Assembly: GCA_016124755.1 (NCBI GenBank)
Contig: WGNA01000011.1
Span: 317,211-381,210, forward strand
Source: Bacteroidota bacterium
GTDB taxonomy: Bacteria > Bacteroidota > Bacteroidia > NS11-12g > UBA9320
Direction of reading: 5' to 3'
Length of the DNA stretch: 64,000 bases
This document shows, one piece after another, positions 31,760-41,044 of this stretch (position 1 is the first letter of the stretch; every line of letters begins with the position of its first letter). A program made the translations under genes and the position numbers. The notes under the pieces were generated by a model. It searched no databases and had not been told where the DNA came from. It saw only the letters and a list, made by a program, of their open reading frames with translations.

Positions 31760-31908
31760 TTTCACACAACGCCACTACGAAATTTTATTTCCCAAAATCA
31801 TTTCGTAATGAATGAACTCAGTGTGCTTCGAAATGATTTGCCTTAAGCCACAAAGCTGAATTAAAGAATAATGTTTTTGAGTGAAGTACTTTGTGTTGTT
31901 GTGCGAAA
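31760..31908 (+). repeat. Repeat B copy 3 (149 bp)
   Basis: Highly similar to copy 2; starts 3 nt after the stop codon at 31756. Confidence 0.85.
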
Positions 31909-31954
31909 CCGACGATATGATCAGGTCGCTTTCGTTCTTGTTAAATCGATTAAT

Positions 31955-32479
31955 CTAAAACTTCCGGTTCGCCGCTTTAAACGCCACATTCAAAAGTTTA
32001 AAATCCAGCTTGCCGTTCTGTTCTTTTAAATGTTCCAGAATCACCAGCGCCTTTTTCAATCGTACTTCCGACGACTTGGCCTGTCCTGCTATGTGAATGA
32101 GATTCCGTTGCTTGCCCGGAGTGAGCTGATGAAAAAAATCGTTTCCTTCTTTATCCTGTTTTAACAATTCTTGTAATTCTTCCGGCATCGGTAAACCGTA
32201 TTCACTGGTGTCGGGTTCCAGATTTACCAACACTTCATCACCTTCCTTTACACCGATTTTTTTCTGATTCGTTTTATTAATTAATACATAATATTCACCT
32301 TCTCCTTTTGGCATAAAGGCACATTGATACCGGATCTTATCATTAATTAAACAAACTACTCTCGAAATCTTTTGCGCATGAAAATCATTAAAAACAAAGT
32401 CCGGAACTGTGATACCGAAGTACCCAAGTTCCGGACTCATATTTTCAATTATTCCTTTAAAAGAATGTTTTAAATCCAA
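31955..32479 (-). CDS. DUF1905 / YdeI-OmpD-associated family protein
   Basis: D.SEYGLPMPEEL...F..LTPGKQR...AKS.E.R pattern. Confidence 0.75.
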   Translation of the reverse strand: MDLKHSFKGIIENMSPELGYFGITVPDFVFNDFHAQKISRVVCLINDKIRYQCAFMPKGEGEYYVLINKTNQKKIGVKEGDEVLVNLEPDTSEYGLPMPEELQELLKQDKEGNDFFHQLTPGKQRNLIHIAGQAKSSEVRLKKALVILEHLKEQNGKLDFKLLNVAFKAANRKF

Positions 32480-32498
32480 TGTTTATTACAACCTGTTT

Positions 32499-33911
32499 TT
32501 ATAACATGGTTGTCGGACAAACATAATCCGTTTTCGCTAAAGAAGAATTTTTCAATGCGCTGAAACCACCGGCAATATCCACCAGATTATGGTAACCTCT
32601 GGACTTCAGAATCGATGCGGCAATCACAGAGCGGTAACCACCGGCGCAATGCACATAGAATGTTTCATCTTTTGGAAATTCCGCCAGATAATCATTCAGA
32701 TTGTCAAGAGGAGTATTGTTCGAATCAACCAGATGTTCGCTGAAATATTCGCTTTCTTTTCGCACATCGAAAATCGGATGTTTGTGATGTGCATATTCTT
32801 TTTCAAAGGTCGGAACGTCAATCGAATCGATCGAATCCACTTCCATTCCGGCATCTTTCCAGGCCTGAAATCCGCCTTTGAGATAACCGATTGTCTTGTC
32901 AAAACCCACACGGGATAGTCGCGTAATTGCTTCTTCCAAACGATCTTCATCTACCACCAGAAGAATCGGCTGATTCACATCTTTTATCAATGCGCCGACC
33001 CACGGAGCAAATCCGCCGTCGAGTCCGATGAAGATGGAACGCGGAATAAATCCTTTCACAAATTCCGATTGATGACGAACGTCTAAAACCAATGCCTCGG
33101 TTGAATTGGCCGCTTCGTCAAAAGCTTCCGGAGAAAGCGCCCGGCTTCCCTGAGCCAATACGTCGTCAATACTGGCGTAACCTTCCTTATTCATTTTCAC
33201 ATTCATCGGGAAGTAGCCGGGAGGTGGCATTAATCCGTCGGTAACTTCTTTTACAAATTCGGCTTCGGTCATATCAGCCCGCAGAGCGTAATTCATTTTT
33301 TTCTGGTTTCCGAGAGAGTCAACCGTTTCCTTCATCATGTTTTTACCGCAGGCAGAACCGGCACCGTGACCCGGATAAACCGTAACATCGTCGGGCAAGG
33401 TCATGATTTTATCGCGCAAACTGTGAAACAAAGTTGCAGCGAGTTGTTCTTGTGTCATGCTTGCAGCTTTTTGCGCGAGATCAGGTCGGCCAACATCGCC
33501 GAGAAATAGTGTGTCGCCGGAGAAAATGGCGTTTTCTTTTCCGTCTTCATCGATGAGCAACCACGTTGTACTTTCCATCGTATGCCCAGGAGTGTGCAGA
33601 GTTCGCATCGTAACCTTACCGATTTTAAATTCCTGATAATCTTCGGCAACAATGGCTTTAAAACCGGGATTTGCTGTTGGACCGTAAATAATATCCGCAC
33701 CGGTTTTGTCGGCGAGCGTAACGTGACCGCTCACAAAATCGGCGTGGAAATGCGTTTCAAAAATGTAATTGATTTTTGCGTTCGACTTGGCAGCTCTGTC
33801 GATATAAGGCTGAACTTCGCGAAGAGGGTCGATGATAGCGGCTTCTCCTTCGCTTTCGATGTAGTAAGCACCCTGTGCCAGACATCCGGTATAAATCTGT
33901 TCTACGATCAT
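32499..33911 (-). CDS. MBL-fold metallo-hydrolase with rhodanese domains (persulfide dioxygenase-sulfurtransferase type)
   Basis: ETHFHADFVSGH, HTPGHT, SGDTLF, GRPDL and PGHGAGSACG; rhodanese HCAGGYRS. Confidence 0.9.
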   Translation of the reverse strand: MIVEQIYTGCLAQGAYYIESEGEAAIIDPLREVQPYIDRAAKSNAKINYIFETHFHADFVSGHVTLADKTGADIIYGPTANPGFKAIVAEDYQEFKIGKVTMRTLHTPGHTMESTTWLLIDEDGKENAIFSGDTLFLGDVGRPDLAQKAASMTQEQLAATLFHSLRDKIMTLPDDVTVYPGHGAGSACGKNMMKETVDSLGNQKKMNYALRADMTEAEFVKEVTDGLMPPPGYFPMNVKMNKEGYASIDDVLAQGSRALSPEAFDEAANSTEALVLDVRHQSEFVKGFIPRSIFIGLDGGFAPWVGALIKDVNQPILLVVDEDRLEEAITRLSRVGFDKTIGYLKGGFQAWKDAGMEVDSIDSIDVPTFEKEYAHHKHPIFDVRKESEYFSEHLVDSNNTPLDNLNDYLAEFPKDETFYVHCAGGYRSVIAASILKSRGYHNLVDIAGGFSALKNSSLAKTDYVCPTTML

Positions 33912-34052
33912 TGTTTATGCTTTAAAGATCTGTTTTAAGTATTTTGTTGAAGCTTTCAAAATATAGCCGTCAGGATCAGAGACGAATTTAACGAAGTATG
34001 TGACCCTGCTAAAAGTTCAACGGCATTTTTGAATTAGCTTCTAATTCATTGA

Positions 34053-34098
34053 CAAAAGTAGGATCCCATTTGTTTTTCAATCTGCAACCGATGTTACG
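34053..34098 (-). promoter_or_regulatory. -7 element TACTTTTG plus Crp/Fnr-type site GTAAC-N4-GTTGC
   Basis: -7 at 34053-34060 (minus strand); imperfect palindrome TGCAAC-cgat-GTTACG at 34083-34098, next to the Crp/Fnr gene. Confidence 0.55.
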
Positions 34099-34161
34099 AT
34101 CCGCACTGATTGTTGTCATTGCAAAGTGGGATTTCGGACGTACGAACGATGAACGCGTCGG

Positions 34162-34812
34162 TCACAAATGCGCGAGGTTAATCACATTGCGCTTCTGACT
34201 GATCAAACCGTCGGTTTCTAATTTTTTCATCACCCTGGAAATCACAACTCGGGAGCTGTGCAAATCATTCGCGATTTCGTTGTGTGTTATTGCCAACGTT
34301 TTATTCCCGGTTACCATCACTTTGTCGCGGAGGTAGTTCATAATGCGTTCTTCCATATTATTGAACGCGAGGTTATCGATAGCGGCGAGCATTTCGTTCA
34401 TCCGGTAATTATAGGTTTCCAGGATAAACGAGCGCCACGAGGAGAAACGGGCCATCCAGCTTTCCACCAGATCAATCGGAATCATCAGAACGGTGCAGGG
34501 CGATTCGGCGACTGCACGCACCTTGCTCTTCGACGCCTTCGTGCAACAATTAATGGTAACGGCGCAAGTGTCACCGCTTTCGAGATAATATAGCAGCAGC
34601 TCGCGGCCTTCCTTGTCTTCTGTGAGAATCTTTAACGAGCCTTTAATAACTAATGGTAAAAAGTCGATGTTGTCGCCAATGTCGATCAGCAATTCGTCTT
34701 CTTCAATATTTTTTGATTTGGCAACCTTCAGAATTTCCTGAACCAGATCTTGTTCAAGTATTTGGGAGAATCGCTCCTCCACCAATTGGGCAACGGCATT
34801 ATCAAGTGACAT
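34162..34812 (-). CDS. Crp/Fnr family transcriptional regulator
   Basis: GRELLLYYL..GDTC cNMP-like domain; HTH THNEIANDLHSSRVVISR. Confidence 0.92.
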   Translation of the reverse strand: MSLDNAVAQLVEERFSQILEQDLVQEILKVAKSKNIEEDELLIDIGDNIDFLPLVIKGSLKILTEDKEGRELLLYYLESGDTCAVTINCCTKASKSKVRAVAESPCTVLMIPIDLVESWMARFSSWRSFILETYNYRMNEMLAAIDNLAFNNMEERIMNYLRDKVMVTGNKTLAITHNEIANDLHSSRVVISRVMKKLETDGLISQKRNVINLAHL

Positions 34813-34863
34813 GAAGCAAATTAAAAGAAGACAAAGTGGAATTGGAAAGGAAATGTTTGACGA

Positions 34864-35154
34864 CCGATTCGATTATCGATTTTGGATTTTTGTTTTTACC
34901 GCAAAGTCACGCAAATTTTTTCGCAGAGTAACGCAGTGTTTCGTTCCAAGAAAACCTATTTGTAAACCGATTCGAATTTCGAATTTCGATTTTGGATTTT
35001 TGTTTTTACCGCAAAGTCACGCAAAGCTTTCCGCAGAGTAACGCAGAGTTTCGTTACCCAAAACCTATTTGTAAACGGATTCGCTTTTCGCTTTTTCGCT
35101 TTTGGATTTTTGTATTTACCGCAAAGTCACGAAAGCTTTCCGCAGAGTAACGCA
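34864..35154 (+). repeat. Repeat C: ~2.6 tandem copies of a 110-bp unit
   Basis: TTTGGATTTTTGT.TTTACCGCAAAGTCACG...CGCAGAGTAACGCA at 34881, 34991 and 35101; partial copy at 36501-36533. Confidence 0.9.
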
Positions 35155-35271
35155 ATCGCTTAATTCAATATAATTAGAAATTCATTTCATTTTTAATTGA
35201 TTCGATCGGTAGTGGGAACACAACCGACAGTTACCAATTGAGCATTGGTTTATCATTAAAATCAATAAAAT

Positions 35272-35574
35272 TTGATTTCTACTTTTGAAACATATCCTCC
35301 TGGAATTATAACAACTCCTTCTACCGACGAACTCTCATCCCTCCAGCTCAACATTAACACAGTTTTTGCAGAAATCAAAAAAACTGGAGAAGGTAAAAGC
35401 CGGTTACAGGTGAACCTCACAACCCCTGTCCGGATAATCAACGAAGTGCTTTTGTGCGGGATTTCCCATTTTACACTTGTTGAAAGCGCACAAAAACTTT
35501 ATGGAGAAATCGAAACAAGATCCGGAATTTGTATCGAGGAAATATTTCAAATCAGTAAGTTAAATGAAAAATAA
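35272..35574 (+). CDS. Hypothetical ORF, possibly a gene remnant
   Basis: 100-aa ORF with TTG start, ending 3 nt before the next gene; no recognisable motif. Confidence 0.3.
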   Translation: MISTFETYPPGIITTPSTDELSSLQLNINTVFAEIKKTGEGKSRLQVNLTTPVRIINEVLLCGISHFTLVESAQKLYGEIETRSGICIEEIFQISKLNEK

Positions 35575-35577
35575 ATT

Positions 35578-36441
35578 ATGTTTGATGTTATTACAATGAG
35601 ATCACATTTGTCCACATTTTTGATTGTCGGATTGTTTTTCTTATCTTTTACAACGAATTGCAATCAAAGTCTTCCTTTATTGGATTTTCCATTTAATACG
35701 GAAGGCCATGAATTTATTATTAAATATCACTTTCAGGCATTCGATTCCGTTTTGATGTATAAGAAGAACCTAACAGGTGATAGTGATTTGGTTTATGGAA
35801 AATGGTGTTTGAAAAACTCTCAGGGCCTTGACAGTATTATAACAATTGAATGCTATCAGGCACGCCCTGTTATGGAGAATACAGTTAAATCCCGTGACAA
35901 TGTTGATGAAATTGAATGTTATTCAATAATTGCAAAATCGTTTAAAAGAAAGGATTATAGTTATCTAGTTGAAAAGGATAACAGTGGTAATGAAATCCGG
36001 TTATGTTTTGATTCGCAAAGACCATTGATGTACGGTGAAAAACGGTGTTTTAGAACTAAGATTTACAAAAAGGAATCGGATACATACATTTTAAATTACG
36101 ACAACATAGAACATAAAAGAGTCTTTAAGTTTGACAACCACAACAATTTGGTTAAGGTGGGTTATGATTTAATTGATACATTCAATTATGCGGAAATGTT
36201 GTATGATAGTTCTAATGCGACTAAAAAAGTTTTGACCGAGTTCATGGGACAGAAACAATCATATCTCTATTTCTACACAAACGATGTTTTGGATTCAATT
36301 CAATGGTTTGAGAATGAGGAAGAGGTTCGTACTTTATTTTTTAAATATTTGGAGGATGTAATAGAGATAAATTCTCCTGAAATAGCTACTTCAACGTATT
36401 TATATGGTGTGAAGGCCGTTCGGTATATAAAAATAAAGTAG
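35578..36441 (+). CDS. Hypothetical exported protein, AT-rich
   Basis: 287-aa ORF, hydrophobic N-terminus with Cys, weak YD-like turns. Confidence 0.6.
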   Translation: MFDVITMRSHLSTFLIVGLFFLSFTTNCNQSLPLLDFPFNTEGHEFIIKYHFQAFDSVLMYKKNLTGDSDLVYGKWCLKNSQGLDSIITIECYQARPVMENTVKSRDNVDEIECYSIIAKSFKRKDYSYLVEKDNSGNEIRLCFDSQRPLMYGEKRCFRTKIYKKESDTYILNYDNIEHKRVFKFDNHNNLVKVGYDLIDTFNYAEMLYDSSNATKKVLTEFMGQKQSYLYFYTNDVLDSIQWFENEEEVRTLFFKYLEDVIEINSPEIATSTYLYGVKAVRYIKIK

Positions 36442-36659
36442 ATATTGTTTATATAACGGCGGAAATTTATATCCTACGCATGCACATTTCCTTAAAAAGA
36501 TTTAGCCGCAAAGGTTTCCGCAGAGGAACGCGGCATAATTTGTAGAACATTTCGGTATGAGAGGAATTTCCCATTTCGGATTTGCTAATTCAGATGAATC
36601 TTCAGGGATTTAACCTATTATTAATTTTAGCAAAATCCCCACATAGGATATACTGCTCA

Positions 36660-37142
36660 TTATCGAGTGTTGTTGTGTTTTTTATTTTCTTTAATTACCT
36701 GCTTACGTACATCGCTAAAGTCACCTGTAAATCCTGCTGATGCTGCCTTCCAAAGGAATTTAACAGATTCTTTTTTGGTTCTTTTCAACTCTATCTTATT
36801 GATTCGATTAAAATCAATATTATTCATTAAGAATAATTGAAGATTGTTCAGAAATGTATCCCACAACTTGTCTTCAGCAATATTAACCGTTTGTCCTGTT
36901 GTATTTATATCGACATGAACTTTAACATTATTTTCATTTATGTTTACACTTGTTTTTGATTTCCACCTTAATGGATTAAAGGTAATAAAGTTAGTAAAGA
37001 TATTTCCACGACTAAATCTTAATTCATTTCTGCCCTCATAAGTCAATTCGAAGCCAGATTGCCTGAAGTATTCAATTATCTTTTTTTGAACATAAATTTG
37101 ACTACTTACTTGAAATTCAATATGTTTTACTAATATTTTCAT
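36660..37142 (-). CDS. Hypothetical protein, AT-rich
   Basis: 160-aa ATG-started ORF in very AT-rich DNA. Confidence 0.6.
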   Translation of the reverse strand: MKILVKHIEFQVSSQIYVQKKIIEYFRQSGFELTYEGRNELRFSRGNIFTNFITFNPLRWKSKTSVNINENNVKVHVDINTTGQTVNIAEDKLWDTFLNNLQLFLMNNIDFNRINKIELKRTKKESVKFLWKAASAGFTGDFSDVRKQVIKENKKHNNTR

Positions 37143-37209
37143 CCTTCATTCCAATATTCAACAGGTTTTGATTTTTGTCTGTTATTGGCATCTACGCATG
37201 AAATGTTGT

Positions 37210-37248
37210 CCCCAACACCTTAATTCCTCTTAATTATTAATTCTTTTC
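37210..37248 (+). repeat. 39-bp direct repeat, left copy
   Basis: CCCCAACACCTTAATTCCTCTTAATTATTAATTCTTTTC, identical at 37611-37649. Confidence 0.9.
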
Positions 37249-37324
37249 CTTTTTTAATTGATTCAAGTATGCCAACGTATTGAATGTCCGATGTCCTCGT
37301 CCAACTTACAATTCGTTTAGCCAT
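37220..37324 (-). pseudogene. Truncated RelE/ParE-like toxin (N-terminal ~21 aa)
   Basis: MAKRIVSWTRTSDIQYVGILE overlaps the antitoxin end, then reads into the repeat and stops. Confidence 0.65.
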
Positions 37325-37554
37325 TCAAGGTTTCGTTTATCCATCGCTTCCTGTGAAATCAATCGTCCGTTCTTTATATCCGCTTCGCTCATTTCGAGCA
37401 TTTCTTTCTGGTCAGCGGTCAGTTCTACAATCTCATTATCCGCAGAACTCGAAGAAATCAGACTGTCGAGTGCAATCAAAAAATCCTTATTCCGAATGGT
37501 CAGGATTTTATCAATCAATTCACTGCGTATTTTATCTACGGTTGCCATAGTCAT
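37306..37554 (-). CDS. Putative addiction-module antitoxin
   Basis: Small acidic protein with ELT..QK.MLEMSE.DIKNGRLISQE...EWL pattern; overlaps the toxin-like start. Confidence 0.75.
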   Translation of the reverse strand: MTMATVDKIRSELIDKILTIRNKDFLIALDSLISSSSADNEIVELTADQKEMLEMSEADIKNGRLISQEAMDKRNLEWLNEL

Positions 37555-37610
37555 TCAATTTAATTACTAAATTCAGAAATATTATCGGGCTTTCATAATG
37601 TAACTGATTC

Positions 37611-37649
37611 CCCCAACACCTTAATTCCTCTTAATTATTAATTCTTTTC
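37611..37649 (+). repeat. 39-bp direct repeat, right copy
   Basis: Identical to 37210-37248. Confidence 0.9.
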
Positions 37650-37671
37650 ATTCCCCCGGGTTTTCTTCAGA

Positions 37672-39240
37672 TCACCAATAGCTACCCATTTCTTTTTCTA
37701 ATTGGCGAATCCACGCGTCGGTTATGCCAAGGGAATCCTGATTTACCCACGTGACTTTGCCGTACGTCGCATCGGTTAAGGTGAGTTCCGGAATCGATCC
37801 GCCGATGTATTCGCCTTTGTTTCCGGCGCGGGTTACAATGGTTGTGAGCCAGAAAAATCGTGTTTCGCCGGCGATGTTGCGGATAAACGGTCGAGACTCC
37901 GCCGGATAATTCTCAGACCAATCGTAATTCTTTCGGCTCTCCACAATCTTAGCCGGAACCGCGCTGCTGCCGATGTAAGAATGACTGTCTTTCCGGTGTT
38001 CAATAAAATAAATTTTACTGTCGGAATCACCCGGAATAAACAAACTCAGACTCAACCCTTTTTTCTCGGGTTGATAGGGTTCGAGTCCGAAGTAATTGCA
38101 AATTTTTCCGCCTTCCACATTCAGGAAAACCACGAATGGCTGAGATGCCGAAATATCGTCGGCAGCCGGAATGCGGATATCTCCTTCGTGATAACCCGGC
38201 ATTGGTGCAAAAAATCCGTTGGTAAACCGAAAGCTCTCGGCAATATTTCGGGCAACAACCGGCGGAATGAGGTTTTGTCCCTGAAGGTATTTATGCTGAT
38301 TTATTTCATCCGGAGCGATGTAATGTCCTGCTCCGAACAACACCCGATTTGCCCACGTATCCGATTCTTTTTTCTGATCAATTACCACAACTCCGCCGAA
38401 AACCGGACGCGGGAAAACCCAGCCTTTCCAACGAATCAACGGAACCACCTGAACCCATTCGCCCTTTTCGTTCTGCAAATACATCGGCTCGCTGGCTTCG
38501 TAGCTGAAAAATCGGGAAAGCGAAAATCCCCGCCGGATTGCATTGTCGGTTTCTTTTGAAAACAACAACAATTCTCCGATTTCAAAATTTACTTTATCGC
38601 GGTATTTAGCCGAAAAAACCGGAGCCGGTAAATGCGCCGGAATGCGAATCACTTCGTACATGTCTTTTCGCATTTGCTGAATGCGGTATTCTTTGCTCGG
38701 ACCCACAGCCGAACTGTAATAATACATGTCGTCTTTTCCCCGGATAAATTTGGGAAATGTTGCGTCTTCGGTTTCCGAAAGCGCTTCCTGATTAATTAAT
38801 GTTTTTAAAGAATGAACCGGCTGAATACGCTCGTGTCCTGTCTCGGGTAAGCCGTTTAAAATTACTTTATCCAGCTCACCGTAATACATATACAGTTTCA
38901 GATAATTGTGAACCGGCGGCCCAACAAAGATCATAAAAGCTAAAAAGGCCGAAATAAAAATAGTAGGTAAAATGCTGCCTTTAAACGTGCGTTTTCGGAT
39001 CACGCGCCAGTACCACGTCATCATTAAAAACACAAACAGAATTAACAGACTGTATTTGCGAATCCATAAAACGGCAGGTTGATACGATGCCCGGAAATAC
39101 AGTAGGGCGGCAACTAAGAGTATTAAAATGAGTGCCGAAATAATCTTGTATTTCTTAAATAGGTTGCCGATCGCGGTCGCAATTCCTTTTCGGATATTCC
39201 GGAAGAACCAGTATAAACGGTTGAATTCTGTTTCTGTCAT
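37672..39240 (-). CDS. Membrane protein, 3 N-terminal TM helices plus large soluble domain (operon gene 6)
   Basis: Three hydrophobic segments within aa ~30-110; ATGA overlap with upstream gene. Confidence 0.8.
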   Translation of the reverse strand: MTETEFNRLYWFFRNIRKGIATAIGNLFKKYKIISALILILLVAALLYFRASYQPAVLWIRKYSLLILFVFLMMTWYWRVIRKRTFKGSILPTIFISAFLAFMIFVGPPVHNYLKLYMYYGELDKVILNGLPETGHERIQPVHSLKTLINQEALSETEDATFPKFIRGKDDMYYYSSAVGPSKEYRIQQMRKDMYEVIRIPAHLPAPVFSAKYRDKVNFEIGELLLFSKETDNAIRRGFSLSRFFSYEASEPMYLQNEKGEWVQVVPLIRWKGWVFPRPVFGGVVVIDQKKESDTWANRVLFGAGHYIAPDEINQHKYLQGQNLIPPVVARNIAESFRFTNGFFAPMPGYHEGDIRIPAADDISASQPFVVFLNVEGGKICNYFGLEPYQPEKKGLSLSLFIPGDSDSKIYFIEHRKDSHSYIGSSAVPAKIVESRKNYDWSENYPAESRPFIRNIAGETRFFWLTTIVTRAGNKGEYIGGSIPELTLTDATYGKVTWVNQDSLGITDAWIRQLEKEMGSYW

Positions 39241-39767
39241 TTGTCGAGGAAGTCTTTTACGCCTTTTCGCCAGTCGTCACCTTTGTCTTTATCATCCTTT
39301 TTATCACTGTCGTCTTTTTTCTGCTCCTCTGGTTTTTCATCTTTCGACTCGATGGGAATCGTTACATTTTTATCTTTTATAGATTGTTCTATTTCGTCAA
39401 TTCGCTCAATGGTATTTCGAATTTGCTTTATCTGCGGCTGAACGGATTTAGTAAAAAACGGAAATAAATAAAAACTCAGCATCATACCGATCAGCATGAG
39501 CGCCAGATAAAGTAATAATTCAAAAAAATTAATATTACCGGCTACATAAAATAACCATCCGATTGCCAAAGTCATGGTTACCGCCGGAACCAATCGTTTC
39601 GAAAAAGGTTGCTGAAACAAAAAAGTATGTTGAGAATCTTCCGGCAATCCGTCTTTGTGTGTGAGTTTGTACCACGACCGGTACCAGAATAATCCGCGTT
39701 TACGGTCGAAAAATGCAAATGCAATCCCGACAATTAAACCAACAAGAAGAGGAAGTAATGTGCCCAT
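39237..39767 (-). CDS. Small 3-TM membrane protein with charged C-terminal tail (operon gene 5)
   Basis: Start MGTLLPLL; three TM segments, short coiled coil, K/D-rich linker, terminal DWRKGVKDFLDK helix. Confidence 0.8.
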   Translation of the reverse strand: MGTLLPLLVGLIVGIAFAFFDRKRGLFWYRSWYKLTHKDGLPEDSQHTFLFQQPFSKRLVPAVTMTLAIGWLFYVAGNINFFELLLYLALMLIGMMLSFYLFPFFTKSVQPQIKQIRNTIERIDEIEQSIKDKNVTIPIESKDEKPEEQKKDDSDKKDDKDKGDDWRKGVKDFLDK

Positions 39768-39778
39768 AGTAATGCAAT

Positions 39779-41044
39779 CTATTGAGTTATCTGCTGAAAA
39801 ATAAAACGGTGTTCTAAAATGGTTTCCACTGCCCACTCCTGAAAATCCTCTTTCCATTTTCCGTATTCGGCATAAAATCCGGATTTGTCGAAAAGGTATT
39901 TTATCACAACATCGTTATCGTGTTTGCAGGCGAGCAAATGCCATAATACAATTTTATCGTTTTGGTTAAGGTGTGGCGCGGGATACAAAAGATCTTCTTT
40001 TATTATTTCCGGAATTTCAAACGTTTGCCGGTTTTTGATTTTTAAAACCAGACGTTCCAATTCAAAATATTTATCATTTAAAAGCGATTCGGAAACAGCG
40101 GCTTGTACCAGCATTTTCGTATGTGTTCTCTCATTGTTACCGGTTGGAATCAGTTTTTTGAGATTTCGACAAGCTGACATCAGCATCGTCATCATTTTTA
40201 ATTCAATTAAATACGGATGTCGAATATAAAAATCAGCGTCGTTTTCGAGCAGGCCCTGTTCGGTTAAATAGGGGAGGAGCCCGTTATCGCTCAGATTAAA
40301 CTCCATCTGGTCGTGGTGTTTTTCTCCGCTGATTTCAGATGAATTATTTTTAAAAACCAGAAGCGGTCTTTTATTTTTTAGATTTCTGAAAACATACAAA
40401 CCATCAAATGCCAGCGTATAAAACGATAAATAATTTCCAAACGGAATCGATCGCAATTCAATGGAGCGATATCGCAGATCACCGAATTCGTTGCTGCTGT
40501 TGATGATGGCTTCCCGCAGTTTCGCATCGGCCCACGCATTTTCTTCCACCATAAATTTGTGAATGAGATTGCGCTGTTCCCGGGCCGCTTCCATTATTCG
40601 GTCAACCGTATTAAAATGAATCGTAAACACGTCGATCATCAGTAAATCAGCCGGATGCCGGTATGCCGAAATCTCCTGATCGAGTTCAAACCAAATGGCG
40701 CTTTGTGTAGTAATGTCTGTTATCTGTTCACCGTATTCACTGAAAATTCGTTTGTGAACATCCCAGTCGAACGTGTGAAACGGATGATAAATAGAGGCGT
40801 TTTGCTGTTCCGGACTAATAATAATTCCATACGGATTTGCCATGCCGTGCGACAGATAAAACGTGTTTTTCTGTTCTTCCGCAACTTCCGGACTCCAGCC
40901 CCAGCCGTCGATGTGGAAAGATTTGAGTTGGGTTTTTTCTAATCCGATATCGGCTAAAGCAGAATTGTACCGATCCACCATCAGTGATGTTTTCACCGGA
41001 ACGAGCCGGTTTCCGAACAAACCCGATTCAATTAGTCTAATCAT
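39779..41044 (-). CDS. DUF6638-like protein (operon gene 4)
   Basis: Start MIRLIESGLFGN overlaps the ATPase stop. RYN.AL...T.L..FHIDG.G.SPE pattern recalled from DUF6638; not verified by search. Confidence 0.65.
   Translation of the reverse strand: MIRLIESGLFGNRLVPVKTSLMVDRYNSALADIGLEKTQLKSFHIDGWGWSPEVAEEQKNTFYLSHGMANPYGIIISPEQQNASIYHPFHTFDWDVHKRIFSEYGEQITDITTQSAIWFELDQEISAYRHPADLLMIDVFTIHFNTVDRIMEAAREQRNLIHKFMVEENAWADAKLREAIINSSNEFGDLRYRSIELRSIPFGNYLSFYTLAFDGLYVFRNLKNKRPLLVFKNNSSEISGEKHHDQMEFNLSDNGLLPYLTEQGLLENDADFYIRHPYLIELKMMTMLMSACRNLKKLIPTGNNERTHTKMLVQAAVSESLLNDKYFELERLVLKIKNRQTFEIPEIIKEDLLYPAPHLNQNDKIVLWHLLACKHDNDVVIKYLFDKSGFYAEYGKWKEDFQEWAVETILEHRFIFQQITQ

Noticed and set aside
34811-35041. 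76-aa ORF
   Set aside because: Translation of repeat C; no coding features.
34864-35154. Possible CRISPR array
   Set aside because: The whole 110-bp unit repeats, including the would-be spacers; no cas genes in the window.
37981-38559. 192-aa antisense ORF and similar shadow ORFs (e.g. 24776-25285, 44616-45044, 3712-4176)
   Set aside because: Fully nested antisense to well-supported genes, with no motifs.
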